Assembly: GCF_009914755.1 (NCBI RefSeq)
Contig: NC_060934.1
Reading direction: 5' to 3' (one strand)
Source of the DNA: the human T2T-CHM13v2.0 reference genome, Homo sapiens
DNA length: 64,000 nucleotides
In this document: positions 14,351 to 27,420 of the stretch, in pieces
How positions within the stretch are numbered: the first letter of the stretch is position 1
Layout: the number at the start of each line of letters is the position of its first letter
Position numbers and translations under genes: made by a program
Notes under the pieces: generated by a model
The model's input: the letters and a program-made list of their open reading frames with translations, nothing else
What the model was told of the DNA's origin: nothing
Database searches by the model: none

Positions 14351-14614
14351 AGAATGAAAGCTAGTCCAAGCATCATGTGCTGAAATCTGGCATAACCCTT
14401 CTTCCCCTGTCCTGGTACATACACAGCGATTGGTGCCATTGGTTTTTAACCATGCTTGCCAGAACCTGGGGAGAGGGAGACACAGATACAGGATGAGGTA
14501 CATTTGCTTTAGATCCAGTTGAGAAATGCTTAGTTTCACTGAGAGGAAAAGTGGTTCCATGCAGTCAATTCCATGGAAAAGGTCCCTGTACATTTATAGA
14601 AATCCGAGAGATGT

Positions 14615-14790
14615 CACAGGACATCATGGAAAGAACAGGGGTAAGTGAGAGGGCTGGGCTCTGATCATGGCTCTGCCACTAAATACTTTGAAGACCTTTG
14701 TGCGGCATCTTACTTCTCTGGGCCTCAGTTTACCTGCTTGGACTAAAACCATTATACTAGATGCCTTCTAAAGCCACTCTCAACTATGGA
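14615..14790 (+). mobile_element. MIR (MIR3/MIRc-like)
   Basis: GGCTCTGCCACTAA...TCTCTGGGCCTCAGTTTACC. Confidence 0.6.
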
Positions 14791-16229
14791 ACTCTAGGGG
14801 AATTTTTTAAATATAAAAACATTTTTAACATAACAAAAGAAATCACGCTTTTTAAACAGAGAAATCAGAAAATACAGGCAGGCCAAAAAAAGAAAATTGA
14901 AAAAAATATTAAATCTGAAATCATATTTCTAAGCAGTAAACATTATTAACAAACTTATGTACAGCCTCTTGGGCCTTTTAAAATAGGCATACATACCTCT
15001 TAGTATCTCTTACATATAAAATATGTACTTCTAGTAAATAAGGGATCATACTTTGTTTGGCATATGCATGCCTCACATTTTATTAATGCTGCACATTTAA
15101 GATGTTTTGTATTTTTCACTCATATATATAACACTGTGATAAACATCTTGGTAATTACCTCTTCACTTGCATCTTAAAATTGTATCCTTAATTCTAATGA
15201 TTAGAAAAGTAGAAATGGGTAGTGTATGCTAAGAGCAGAGAGCGGGCAGAGGCCAGGCTGGGTCAAACATGTTTTTTGAGTGTGTGGGGAGAAGGGGGTG
15301 TCTGAGTCCAAACACTAACGTGATTTTGTAGAAGGGCATCTCTGCTTCAGGCTGGCTGTGCCTGTGAGCAGGGAGGGGCAGGTAGCAGATGAGATGCTCA
15401 CAGCAATGTCCCCTGAAGACCCCACCAAGTGCTGAAGAACTCATGAGCTATGTCCCAATTTCAAGTGCTGCAGAACCTGCAGATGCTTTCAGAGATTTGT
15501 ACTGGGTAGCGGTGGTGTCGAGGTGGGAGGTGAGTAATCTTGTGTTGCCTGGAAATCAAGAGAAGGTTCTTTGATAACAATCGCTACTCAGTCATTCCCT
15601 GAAGAAAGAACTAAGGGGTTCTCCTTCATTGACTCTTGGAATGTCATTTCATTGCCCTCCTCATTAGCAAAGGAGAAGAATAAAAATCTCAGTCTCATAA
15701 ACAAGTGCTTGCAAGATTACTGAGATAATACACAAAGACCATTTGAGTGCCTCTATGAATTAAAAAAATATGGGATGAGAATGGGGCCAATGAGCCCTGG
15801 TAGCTCAGCAGATGTTGGTAGAGCTAGTTCCTAAGTGTGGCTTATGTCTCAGAGACAGCCTGTCTGTGCCCATTTCATAGATGGGTGCCCTCGGGACATA
15901 GGGTCCAAGGGATGGGTCCATCACTACGCAAGAGAACTACAGCAGAGCTGGAAACTCATCCTTTGTCCATGGGTGACGCTTTACCGTTGAAAGGTTGGAA
16001 TGAGGTAACGTCTCAGAATGTCCTTTGTAAACTATAAAATATTATATGTCTATGTGAGAGATTACTATGACTTATAAAGCTAAGTTATAGCAAATTTTAA
16101 ATGAAAATCTCAAACGGCCAAGCTGCAGAATGCTAACTTTTCATACTCATTTTTCCTAACGGGACAATCATAGGAATTGAGAAGACGGATTGAATTCTGC
16201 TGTGGGATCTAAGTCCTTCTATGATGTTA

Positions 16230-16340
16230 ACCCATTTAGTCCTCCTCAAAAGTGTGAGGTAGGTGCTACAATTAACCCCAGATTACAGATGGGAAAACTG
16301 GGGCACAGAGAAGTTAAATAATTTGCACGAAACCACGCGA
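16230..16340 (-). mobile_element. MIR
   Basis: TTACAGATGGGAAAACTGGGGCACAGAGAAGTTAAATAATTTGC. Confidence 0.7.
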
Positions 16341-18689
16341 TCTATATGTGCCAAGCCTGTATACATACAAAAATATGTGCCGTGCCCCCAAAAAGAGGAC
16401 CTGGGCTTGACCTGACCATTAATGTTCTTCAAGAAAACTCTAACTGACTCAGAGATTTGCCCGCTTTTTGCCAGCACAAGGCTGACCATGCCGGCTGGGG
16501 TCTCTTCCAGAACAAAAAGGGTTAAGCCGACTCATGACCTAAAGGACCCTGTGATATTTTCCTTCTGTGCCACATATGTAGATGGGCTCTGAAGACGATC
16601 ATCGCCCCTCGTTGGAAATCATGAATTTTTATGAAGCCAGCCCAGAATTCCCAGAATTCAGTCGGGTGCACTTTGCAAACCCTAAAATGCTGTCACCATA
16701 GAAGGTTTCATTGCTTGCACCTGCTATAACATTTGAGGCATTTGAGAGGCAGTGAAACACATTTGCTTTTCATTTTATCTGACTTTGGAAACCTTTGAAG
16801 TGTTTAATAGTAGAGCCCAGGAAAGATCTCCGCCTCTTAATCATTTACTCGTAAGGCACATTCTCGGCTGGTAGCCTGTCAAGCAGAAACTGAACTGAGC
16901 CCAGTTTTATTAAGTGTCACATGCCCAGTCACTGTTCATTAAAGGTGTTTTAAGGTTTGAATTATGTAATTTATGAGAAAAATAAAAATTCCATTGTTTT
17001 ATTAATATGCAGCCCAGGATCTCTTGCTCATAACAAACTAGAAGGAGAGTTGAGCTAAAGGGCACGAGGGAGGCTGGAGGTGGCCTCCTGCGCTCCTGCC
17101 TCCCATGTCCACACCGTCCAACCCCAGCAGAGCTCTGGGAAGGAGCCAACCACCACCCCGACCTGTCCTCCAAGTCTCCCCATGTACACCCGATGTACAA
17201 TGGAGCTGCATTCCTCCTCTTTCTATCTCCCCTGTCCCTTTCCCAGAAAGGCCTAAGACAAACAGTATGAAAAAGCATTCCTAGAGTGACCCCGGGTGCC
17301 CTGGGTGTCACAGTCATTGAGACACCTATGCCTGCCTCTCAGAAGAGCTGGGAGAGGGCTGGATACCGGGTGCATCCCTGGATGTCAGGCCCTCAGCCAC
17401 CTGCTGTAGGTAAATGATTTTATTGAATCTTGACAATGCCTCAGGGGAAGGAATGACTGTCCCCATTTAATGGAAGAAGAAACAGAGGAGCTGCGGGTCG
17501 GGCCCAAGGGCTGCCCATGTCCTTTCTTCTCAGGAGAAGGCGGCATCCTAAACCCAGATCAGCCTTCTTGGAATCATGTTACTGAACCTGCCAGGGGGTG
17601 TGGGTGGACTGAGCAGCGTGAGCCTTATCTGGACTTGCAGCTCAGTGCAGAGACCCCCAGCAGGGTTAGCTCTCTTCGCCAGGGACGTTTTCCTCCTACA
17701 GATTCTCAGTGCATTGTCCGAGCATTTACAATGCCAGTTTACCAGGGGATTTGCAGGAGGGGTTGCTCCTGCGGAGTTGCCCTCATCTGCCATGGTGGGA
17801 CCCGCAGCTCCCTGTTTCCCTCCCCAACTTCTGAACAAAGGTGGAGAAACCAGCCTTACCTGCCAGAGGAGAAGGCTTTGAAATCCTCCGGCAGCTGTTC
17901 CCTTCTTCAGTCTCCCTCTGACCATCAAATAAAGTACTCACAGGGGAAAAGTCGTTTTCCAAAACGTGGACAGCCCCAGAATATTTAGACATTGATTAGG
18001 ATTTGTAAGTTAGTGCAGCTGAGGCATTTTTCACCCTCCACATGCCCCCCACTTTCCTGCCCACACAGAGAGAATCACAAACTTGATATTTGAGTATTTC
18101 TTTAATCAAGTGACTCATGTGTTACAGGTGCAAAATTGTACCAGGCTTTTCCCTTTTGGCTTAAATTCGTGAGTTTATTTCTTTAAAAGTGATCTCAGGT
18201 GCTAAGACTTTTCTAAGACATCTAACAGGAATGGTGTAGTTTTAAGAACAGAGGCCCTTTAAAATCAGGGTTGGGATGGGGCGGGCAGCGTATGGCTAGA
18301 GCTCAACCAACTCCCATCTGGGAAGCTCCATGCTCCCAGCTGACCCAGAATAAGAAAGGCCCTGTTTGCAGGAGGTGAGTTGGTAGGCCAGGTTTTACAA
18401 ATTGACGTCAATCATTAATCCACTTAATTTTGAATTACCAATTCAACCGATATTCTGATAGTGCTGGCTGCTGGCAATCTGGGCTGTAGGAGACATTGCC
18501 TTTGATCTGTCAGTTCAATTTCCATTAGCAGTAAAAACCACAGACCTCTGCTGGGCCACAGGATGGAGAGTTCTGATGTCTCCAGGAGTCTTGCAGGAGC
18601 TCTAAGCTGCTTGCTTGTCCTGATGCTGAAAAAGATCTGGGTAGTGTCTCCATAAGGAGTCATCACGAATCTGTTAACTCATTAGCTCT

Positions 18690-19130
18690 GCACACATTTC
18701 CAGCATTGGGCTAGGCACTGAGACACTGGGAGGAGTAAGTTATTTCAACCAGTCAGAGAGACAGGTATGTGAACAGGCAATTGCAGCACACAGGACTGGA
18801 TACATGCCTGAAGGCAGAAGTACAGGCAGCCGTGGGCCCTTTGAGGTGGGGCAATCAAGGAAGACTTCCCAGAGGTGGTGATGCCTAAGCTGAGACTTGA
18901 AGCTAGGGTAGGAGATAGCTGGAAGATGGGCAGAAAAGCACAGGCAAGCTAAGAAGGAACTTCTAAACCCTGGGAAAGAGCTTGGAATTTTGTCCAAAGG
19001 CAAGAGGAGCCATTGATCGGTCTTAAGAAGGGGTGAGTTACAGGAGTAGATTCATATTCTAGAGGTCAAAGCATGAAGAGGGCAGGAGAATGGGCAAGAA
19101 TGGAAGCAGAGAGACCAGCTTGGAGTATGA
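18690..19130 (-). mobile_element. L2 fragment
   Basis: GGAAGACTTCCCAGAGGTGGTGATGCCTAAGCTGAGACTTGAAG, GGAGCCATTGA...AAGAAGGGGTG. Confidence 0.65.
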
Positions 19131-19545
19131 TGTTAACAGGGATACTGCCGGTGGGGGCATTTTGGGTTAAACAAAGCCTAACGTGAGTGTGTGTGCTGTC
19201 AGGGGGTGCAAGGGATATCCTGCCCTTACACCCCCCATGAAGAACATGAGGAGCCCCCAGGGCCACTAAAGGCAGGCCCCATGGCATCTATCTGAGCCTG
19301 AGCCCACTGAGCCCCTCCTCAGAGGTGAAAACTCTCTGGGAAGTAAAGATAGCCAGGAGAAAAGAGCTCAGAAGACAGATGGAGGGCAGAGTGCTCCTGT
19401 CTTAAGTCTCATAAGATTTAATTAAACTGTTGGATAGCTTTGGGGACAGAAAATTGAGGAAAGAATTTCACTTGTATCCTAAGTGAACTAACTTAGAAAA
19501 AAAATTTTCCTTGGACTCCAGACATGCATCAGGTAAGAGCTGGCC

Positions 19546-19610
19546 CAGGGAAGCCATGGACAGTTGTGTAGGCTGTGCACACAACCAGATGGCCATGGTG
19601 GGTGACCCTG
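19546..19610. mobile_element. Short MER91-like hAT MITE
   Basis: CAGGG...CCCTG termini and AGTTGTGTAGGCTGTGCAC core. Confidence 0.45.
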
Positions 19611-19719
19611 GGTAGCATATAACTTCTGTCAAGCATCAGAACGTCTTGGCCTTAGTGTTAGAGACTATATTTTCTTTCACAAAAATGATTTTAATGAGAA
19701 TATCATGTATTGATCCTTG

Positions 19720-19920
19720 AAAAAAATTAATTGAACACTTACTATGTGCCAGCTCTGTTGCATGCTTCCACGTGTTAGCTCACTTAATTTCCCCATCCCT
19801 TGACAAGTAGGCTTCATTACGTCCATTATCAATAATGGGAAAATTGAGGCTCAGAGACTGTAAATCACTGGGGCAGGGTCACACGGCTGATAAGTGTCAG
19901 GAATTGTCAAAGTGTGACTG
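19720..19920 (-). mobile_element. MIR
   Basis: TTGAACACTTACTATGTGCCAG...GAAAATTGAGGCTCAGAGA...GGTCACACGGCT. Confidence 0.75.
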
Positions 19921-20729
19921 GTAAATCCAGCCATGGCTGGGACACCCTTTAAGGGTTGCAGGGGTGGAGAAGCACAGATTTGGGAGCTGGTGAAATGTCG
20001 GGCTCTGCAGTGGCATTCGGCAACACGAGCAAGCAGGGAGGCATCTGGGAGAAGTTAGAAGCTCTCTGTGTGCAGAGTCCTGCTCTCTGGCCCTGCCAGC
20101 CGGCAGCTGTCTTTATCAGGCTGTTTAATGGGAAGGCACTGCCCATCAGCTGAGGTAGCACATTCCTGATTTCTGCACATCTTCCCAGCACTTTGACAAC
20201 ACTTTTCACTCAGATGAATCTACTTACCTACCTTTTGCAAGAAACCAAGTGAGGCGCTGCCTGCATGGAAAGCCTAGAAGGGGAGAGGTTGTCTTACCTG
20301 TCCTACCTCTAACCACTTTCCGTGGAGAGTCTGTGGCAGGTGGATTGGAGGAGCCCAGCGGTGAAGGAGCTGCTGAGAGTCAACAAGATAGGCATGGCAA
20401 ATTGCACCTCTGCCATTGTTGTCTGCTCTACAGGGATTCCCAAGGCCATGGAGATGGGAGGCTGCCCCACGACAGACAATGGTAAATGTTGGCCCCAGAG
20501 AAATGGAATGAAATGGTAAGAATGTTGCTTATCATTCAGTGGGCACAAACCAAAACATTCTGGCACCATCTCCAAGAAGGTGACATTTAGCATCCTTTTG
20601 GGTGATACATTATGCAGACAGACTGCTTTGCCCTGGGGGTGGCCAGAAAGAGAGTGGATTCCCCCTTCTGATTTCATACTGAGTTACAGGGATGATGATG
20701 GGTGTGTAGGTGGGGGGTAGCCTGCATTC

Positions 20730-20890
20730 TGTGCTGAGCCCCTTGCCAGGCACCTTGGTTATTTTATATAGCCTTCTTGGCCACCCTCTGGGCTAACTAA
20801 TAGCACCCACATTTTACAGAGGACACTGTGGCTCGAAGATTGAACACATCGTCCACAATGTCAGCAGTGGAGTGGCATGCTCACTCCTGA
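20730..20890 (-). mobile_element. MIR
   Basis: CATTTTACAGAGGACACTGTGGCTC. Confidence 0.5.
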
Positions 20891-23800
20891 CTCATTCCAA
20901 GGGGTGTCCTTTCCATGTGGCTGTGGGGTCTTACACAATAGAGAAAGTTTAGGCAGGTCTATTTTAGATGTGTTGGAAAGCAAATTTTCATCATTTTCGA
21001 TGGATTCTGTTATCCATAAAAGCAGTATGTACTCTCTAATTTTCAGGACATGGAATATTTCCAAAGTAGCCCAGTTGGAAATTCAACCTACCACCATTAA
21101 GATTTCGATCCAGGGTTGGCATTTACTCTGGAGGGAAAAAACAAACAGGCAAACTCTACCTGCAATGAAATGAGAACGAGGACAGGTCCTGGCTTGCCAA
21201 GCCAGGGAGGCAGATTTTGCACCATGAGAAGTAGCTGCAAGTTACCACCCAAATGCTGGGGGTGGGCAGAGGGGGGCCCAAGCCAGGTGTCTCTTCCCTG
21301 AGGATGAGAGGTGACAGGATGGATGAATGAGACAGGGGATGCTTAGGCCACTCCTCCAGGCTGCCCTGCCTTTTCTGAATGACCTCCAACACTGCAGTTC
21401 TCCCTAGTTCAGTGACTCCCCAAGCACAGACCACGGACAAAATCTCAGGAAGCCACAAGTCTCATACACACTTAAAAAATATACAAATAAGTCTTCAACC
21501 AGACATCTGGACACACCTCTGCTGCAACGATAATTTACTTTGTTGTAGAATAAGTCTCATTTTCTGTGTCTCAAATTGGGATCCAAGATGAATTAATTCT
21601 CTAGAATCTGTGAATTATTTTCCTTGAAATGGCATGCATGTTGGAATCTGAGCAACACAGCCCTCACATAAAATTATACACCCAACTCCCCAAGATCAGA
21701 AATAGCGAGTTAGAAAGGGAGATCCTGGCTACCCAACTCCAGGCCACAGGCTGTGGGGCGATGGGAAGGAAGGAAAATTCCCCAGCTCACATGGCTCTTT
21801 TTGCCAGCTCTCCACGAAGCCTGGCTTCAAACACAATGAAACCCAGCTGAAACAGCAGGTCTGCCAAGCAGGGGGATGCAGCAGGGTCCTCAGAGACCCA
21901 GCCCCGCATTAAATGGGAGTAATTTCCGGACCAACCCCAAGTCTCTCTGGGGGTGGTTCCTGGAATATTACTGAGTCTCTGGTTTGACTGCCTTGGTCTG
22001 GAACATCACACATGTGCTTCCACTTTCATGTGCATTGTGAAACATGTAGGATTTGGGGGGCCCAGTGTACCCCAAAGATCTGCAGCTTTCTCCAGCACTC
22101 TAGGGCTCTGGTTGGACATAACTGCTGGGTTCACCATCCACAGTAATGGAAAGGCAGTGATGGTCACAACCAGTGTTTACTAAGGTCTCATTGTACCCTA
22201 TGATATCGTTGTTTCCTTGCTGCAGCCCCGCAAGGTGGCCGTCATCATGCTCTTTCATAGATTCACAAGGCCTGGCAAGGGCCAATCACATACCCAAAAT
22301 CTCAAATACAAGAGATACACTGCACAATCACTCTCTCGATTTTAAGCTGCTGCAGGTGGGGCTTACCTATTATGTGCAAACCCCCGTTATGGGTGCAAAC
22401 GGGGTATTTGCTTAGCAAAGTGGTTGTGGTTGTACAAATTGGGCAAGGCAGTTTACCAAGGGCATAAAACACAGTACCCAGCACCTGGGGGTGGTCGGGG
22501 GGCACATAAGTCCATCCATCCTTCCTCCTGTCTTCCCTCCAAGTGGGTCCAACAAACTGCTTGGAAGAAACAAACAAAACTTAGCTAACCAGTTTATGGA
22601 GAACATTAATTTCAGGAAGTCCTGGAGGAAGCCAGTGCTGGGGAAGGGATGAGGGGTGGGAGGCTGGCATGGGTCACCCTCTGGCCTGAGGAATTTGATT
22701 CTCTGGAGAGTTTCAGATGAAAACATCTGGGCCAACCTGTAGCAGACCTGCTCGGTTGGAAGAGCTGGCGGGGGTGGCGTCTTCAGGAGGTCATTTGTCT
22801 TTCGTCTTGGAAGGCTATGAACTCCGGGCCTCCTGAGCAATGGGCCCGGGGACAGGGAGGGATGTCCCTGCCCCTTCTGCTTTCTCTCACGCAGCTTCTA
22901 AGGAAATTCCATTGCATTGTATTTACAAGGCATCCACAACTGTCAGCTTCCCTGAACACAATGTATTTAATAAAAAGCCATTAAGCCTTGTAAAGCTGTC
23001 AGAAATCTAAATGACACTTGTAATAAAATCTTGTGGATGACCTGTTCCGGTTAATCAGGCCCAGTGACATCATCACCCGAGGATCTGTCTGATACCCAGG
23101 GCGTGAGGTATATTTAGACAGCTTTATGATGCACACGGATTTGAGTTATTAAAATTGTACAGTTTTGCAAGGAATTGGGGACTTAATAAAGCAACGGAGA
23201 AACTACAAAAGGAGCAATAACCTTCCCAAACAGTCAATCCTCCTGTGTGCTGGGGGCGTGTGTTCAGGCCGGTTGCTGGGGCCAGGTCTGATGCCAGGTG
23301 CTCGCATGAGTGCTCGCATGGGCAACTTTATGTATCTATAATACATTGATCTGGCATCTGCAAAGGTAGCAAATAAATTACATCTTTCCCGATGACTTCT
23401 AGGTGGTGAATTGTACTTAAATGTAGATTTATGGATTAATTCAGATTACAAGAAGATATTACCACCAATGGCACATTGCCCTAATAAGCCATTTTTGAGC
23501 AAATACAACTGCTGGATTGTAAATATCTTTGGTCCTGCTTACCACCTGGATAGTTTCTGGGCCTCCAGCCCTTTCAGGCATAACTCTACTTATCTTGAAC
23601 CATACAAAGCCTGGCTTCATGTAACAATCAGGATGAGACAGACAGACGGACACAGGGGATATCCACTTGCCGGATCGTCTATAAATTTAGACCAATGGGT
23701 CAAATATCAAAAATTGCGTTGGGCACAGGTAAATAGATCGCACCTGATCTCCTGGCATAAACTAACACAGCGTTCCTGATATTTCAGTCAAATTATTCCA

Positions 23801-24529
23801 TTTGTTTCTAAAGATATTTTAATCCCACATGACCTCAAACTTCCCGTGAACCAGGGCCTGGACCCAAGGCCGCCCACGGCCTTTGCAATAAATCCGTTGT
23901 CTCCCTTCTTGGCCCTCAACCCAGGCCCATAGATCACCCCTCCCTGCATCTTGCTTCAATTACTCAATTAACTGCAGTAAAGTTCTTGTAGGTTTTGCAG
24001 ATGTTGCTTTATTATCAAGGCCTCAGACGAACACGAGAGTTCAGGAGCCGAGGTTATAGGAAGGTTGCTGGGGGAAGGGCCAGGATGGGGCACAGGGAAT
24101 ATTCCCAGCAACTATAGGGGCCGAAGCTCCGGAGAGGGGCCCTGCATCATTCCCGGTGCTTGTTACACGCCCTTCCCTTCACAGTTTGGGGAATTCGTGA
24201 TGTTATCTCACTGAAAAACTGCTTGAGAGAGAAGTAGGTATTCCACCTTCCAAGGAGATAATGCCGTGATTAACAGATGCTTAATTGGGCCATTTATCAA
24301 GAGCAGGACCTGCCCCCAAGTCAGTGGGCTAAGTAAATTATTACCCACCCTGCAGGTGTTGGACTGGCAGACCTATTACTCTTCTTGAAATGGTCTTCAG
24401 AAGACTTTATATGAAAAGATGATTTATTTCCACAAGGAATTCTATTGTGCTTGTATTTATCCAGAGCATGGCAGGGTTCTGCCCGGCCCCTCTTCCCTCG
24501 GGCACCAAAGAAGATTGTTGGCAGTCGGA

Positions 24530-24660
24530 GTCATGGAGTCCAAGAGGGTTAGAGCCTGAAGGAAACTTAGAAATCAACTCATACAATCTGGCCACTTTAC
24601 AGAGGACAAAACTGAGGTATTAGCAGACTAAGTCAAATGACACAGCCAGTTAAGCAAAAG
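24530..24660 (-). mobile_element. MIR (MIR3-like)
   Basis: GTTAGAGCCTGAAGGAAACTTAGAAATCA...TTTACAGAGGACAAAACTGAGG. Confidence 0.6.
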
Positions 24661-24773
24661 GGCAAAGGTATTTCCCTCCTGTTTTTGAAAACTGTAGTTT
24701 CTTTAGTTGATGTAATAGAATTCCTAAAAAGCAAGAATTTAATTCCAAATAAGATATTTTTTATACCTTAAAG

Positions 24774-25280
24774 CAGGGTTTCTCAACCTTGGCATTACTG
24801 ACATTTTGAACTCTTTTTTTTTTTTTTTTTTTGTAAGACAGAGTCCCACTCTGTCACCCAGGCTGGAGTTTAGTGGCATGATCTTGGCTCACTGCAACCT
24901 CTGAATCCCTGGTTCAAGGGGTTCTCCTGCCTCAGCCTCCTAAGTAGCTGAGATTACAGGTGTGCACCACCATGCTCAGCTAAACTTTTTGGTATTTTTA
25001 GTAGAGATGGGGTTTCGCCATGTTGGCCAGTCTGGTCTCCAACTCCTGGCCTCAAGTGATCCACCCACCTCGGACTCCCATAGTGCTGGGATTACAGGCG
25101 TGAGCCACTGCACCTGGCCTTGGTTGTCATTTATTGTGGGGGGATTGTCCTGTGAATTGTGGGATTTTGAGAAACATCTCTGGCTTCTACCCACCAGATG
25201 CCAGCAGCACTCCCTCCTACAGTCATGACAATCACAAATGTCTCCTGGGAGGCAAACTTATCCCTGGTTGAGAACCACTG
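24774..25280. mobile_element. MER20 hAT DNA transposon split by an Alu
   Basis: Termini CAGGGTTTCTCAACC and GGTTGAGAACCACTG; internal CTACCCACCAGATGCCAGCAGCAC. Confidence 0.85.
24812..25119 (-). mobile_element. AluS (Sx/Sz-like)
   Basis: Poly-T tail plus full dimer ending GAGCCACTGCACCTGGCC. Confidence 0.95.
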
Positions 25281-25319
25281 CTTTGAAGCATTACCGCAGT
25301 CATCATCATCATGACATTA

Positions 25320-25520
25320 ATAATATGAATAATAGCAGTAAACATTTATTGAGTGCTAGAAATGACTGAATACTTAATATACATTCTCACATTCAGAATC
25401 CTCCCAATAACTCTATTATCTTGGATTACCATTACTCCATTTTACAGGTGAGGAAGTCTGTGCTTAGAGAGGTTAAGCTGTGCCTGAGTTCACATGGCAA
25501 GTACCACAGGTGTGGTGGAA
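25320..25520 (-). mobile_element. MIR
   Basis: CATTTTACAGGTGAGGAAGTCTGTGCTTAGAGAGGTTAAG. Confidence 0.7.
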
Positions 25521-26346
25521 ACCCTGAAGCCCTTACCCATGCCACGAAATAAAGGATGAAGCTGCTGAATTTGAATTTGTTGTTAAGCAGTGAAACTGTA
25601 CAATTTCATTTCCTATCATCTCCAGGAGTGAACTTATCTTTAAAAATCTGTTGGGATAAGAAGTCATCTTGTTCCCACTTTAAGAAAGGAAAAAGGGAAA
25701 TGCTCCATGTGCCTTGCTGATGAGATGCACTTGTTTCTCTGTAGATTACAGAGTGGGCTCTTTCTCAAATCCAGAGGATGTGCAAGGCTAGGCCACATGG
25801 ATAAATGCACTCAGGCTTGTAAGCACACAACAGAATTAGGAACATCTGAACAATATTTCTTTCACTGAGTAAATATCTCTTTTGCGGTGTCCAAAATTTC
25901 CAAAGGTGCTTATCCTGACCTTCTTCAATAGGCTAAGGCATATCGCTTCCCAGACCTTGAAGCTGTTTGATACCTGGGCTAATTCCCAGGGGGAAAGTGG
26001 CTAAGGCCACGACTCCTGAAGGTAGAGTGTTTGGGTTTCATGCCGGGAAATAAATTCAGTGTAAAACAGTGATGTGAGGCGAGACATACCCTGTGGATAT
26101 CTGTGATCGGTGTCCATGGTGTGTCCAGGCAGCTCTGGGGGTAACATTTTGAGGGTGAAATAGGAGTCTTTGCATGTTTACAAATGAAGCCCAGTTCCCC
26201 ATCCCACCATAGGTTAATATCAGAGTTGCCCTACCTGTAGCTCTTGGTTCCATGGCCTGAATCCTTGACTAATCTTATTTTACTAGTTCTATTTCCCTTT
26301 CACTTTGATTTCTTCATGTACTTATTTTATGGGTATTGTATTGTGA

Positions 26347-26350
<4 letters not shown>

Positions 26351-26390
<40 letters not shown>

Positions 26391-26499
26391 CATATACATC
26401 CTTTCCGCTCTTTAGAAAGGATTTGGCATGACTTACATACCGAATATAGATATATTTATATCTATATCGAACCCCAAGCAAACTCAGCATATATATATA

Positions 26500-26544
<45 letters not shown>
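26351..26544. repeat. Compound microsatellite (TG)18 ... (AT)6(GT)6(AT)16
   Basis: Seen directly. Confidence 0.95.
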
Positions 26545-26551
<7 letters not shown>

Positions 26552-27289
26552 TATGTCACTAAGCCAAGCCAAATCCTTTCTAAAGAGGCAGGGTATGAAA
26601 GTAGACACTGACAATATAGCAGCTGGAACAGACAGATCTCTTGATGGAGTTTTGGGGATTGGTAACCACTACACGTCCCTTCACTTTGTCCCCTGCCCCC
26701 CACCTCCCCCCCCCCAGCATTTCCCAAGGCAACTGGGTGCTGTTGGCACCACTGGCAGAGCAAGTCCGGCCCCGTCTCCAAAACGTGGAGCCAGAGATGC
26801 ACCCCTGCACAGCCGGGGCTGCTTTCCCACTGTCAGGGTTTGAGCTCAGACCTTTTATTTACTTCCTCCTACCTGTTTTGTGTTTTCCATTTCCAACAAG
26901 ACTCTGTGTGGTCAAACAACACTGTGCATAAAAATGCTTTCCCAACAATGAAGCACTTTTCAAAACTCAGACTCTGCGTGTATTCTCAGCCTAATTATTT
27001 ACTGTAATTTTTCTATCCACGCTAGTAAACTAAGAAGATGGGCAAAGGGAAGTGAGTTCTCAGATGGATTATAGTGGGTTCCAGGCTCAAAGACAAGGAC
27101 AGGGAACACTGGCTGAATCCTAGCGAGAAAGAGAGAAAGAGAGAGAGAAAGGGAAAGAGAGAGAGCCCTTTCAAGACCATGGTCTCTTCTCTCTGCCCAC
27201 AGTATGTTTTTGCCATTATGTGAGGACGATGGCCATTGGAGTGCCACAGCTATGTGTGGAGTGCACCCACAACTATCCCAACGACCTCA

Positions 27290-27420
27290 TAGGATGTCCT
27301 TAACTCCTTATGGGAACATGAGGTGAAGAGAGATTAAGGGCCTGTTGAGGGTCGTTTGGCCAGCAAGTGACCAAGTTCAGATTTGAACCCCAAGCCGTCT
27401 GACCCTGAAGTCAGCATCTC
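27290..27420 (-). mobile_element. MIR
   Basis: GGCCAGCAAGTGACCAAGTTCAGATTTGAACCCC...GTCTGAC. Confidence 0.5.

Noticed and set aside
17470-17988. 172 aa ATG-initiated ORF
   Set aside because: No recognisable domain; GC-rich region open in several frames; no supporting exon structure seen
23299-23320. Short TGCTCGCATG duplication (similar ones at 5847-5870 and 16641-16659)
   Set aside because: Ordinary slippage-scale duplications with no further structure
26244-26843. 199 aa and overlapping 162 aa ORFs
   Set aside because: Open only because they cross dinucleotide microsatellites (CVCV, YIYI)
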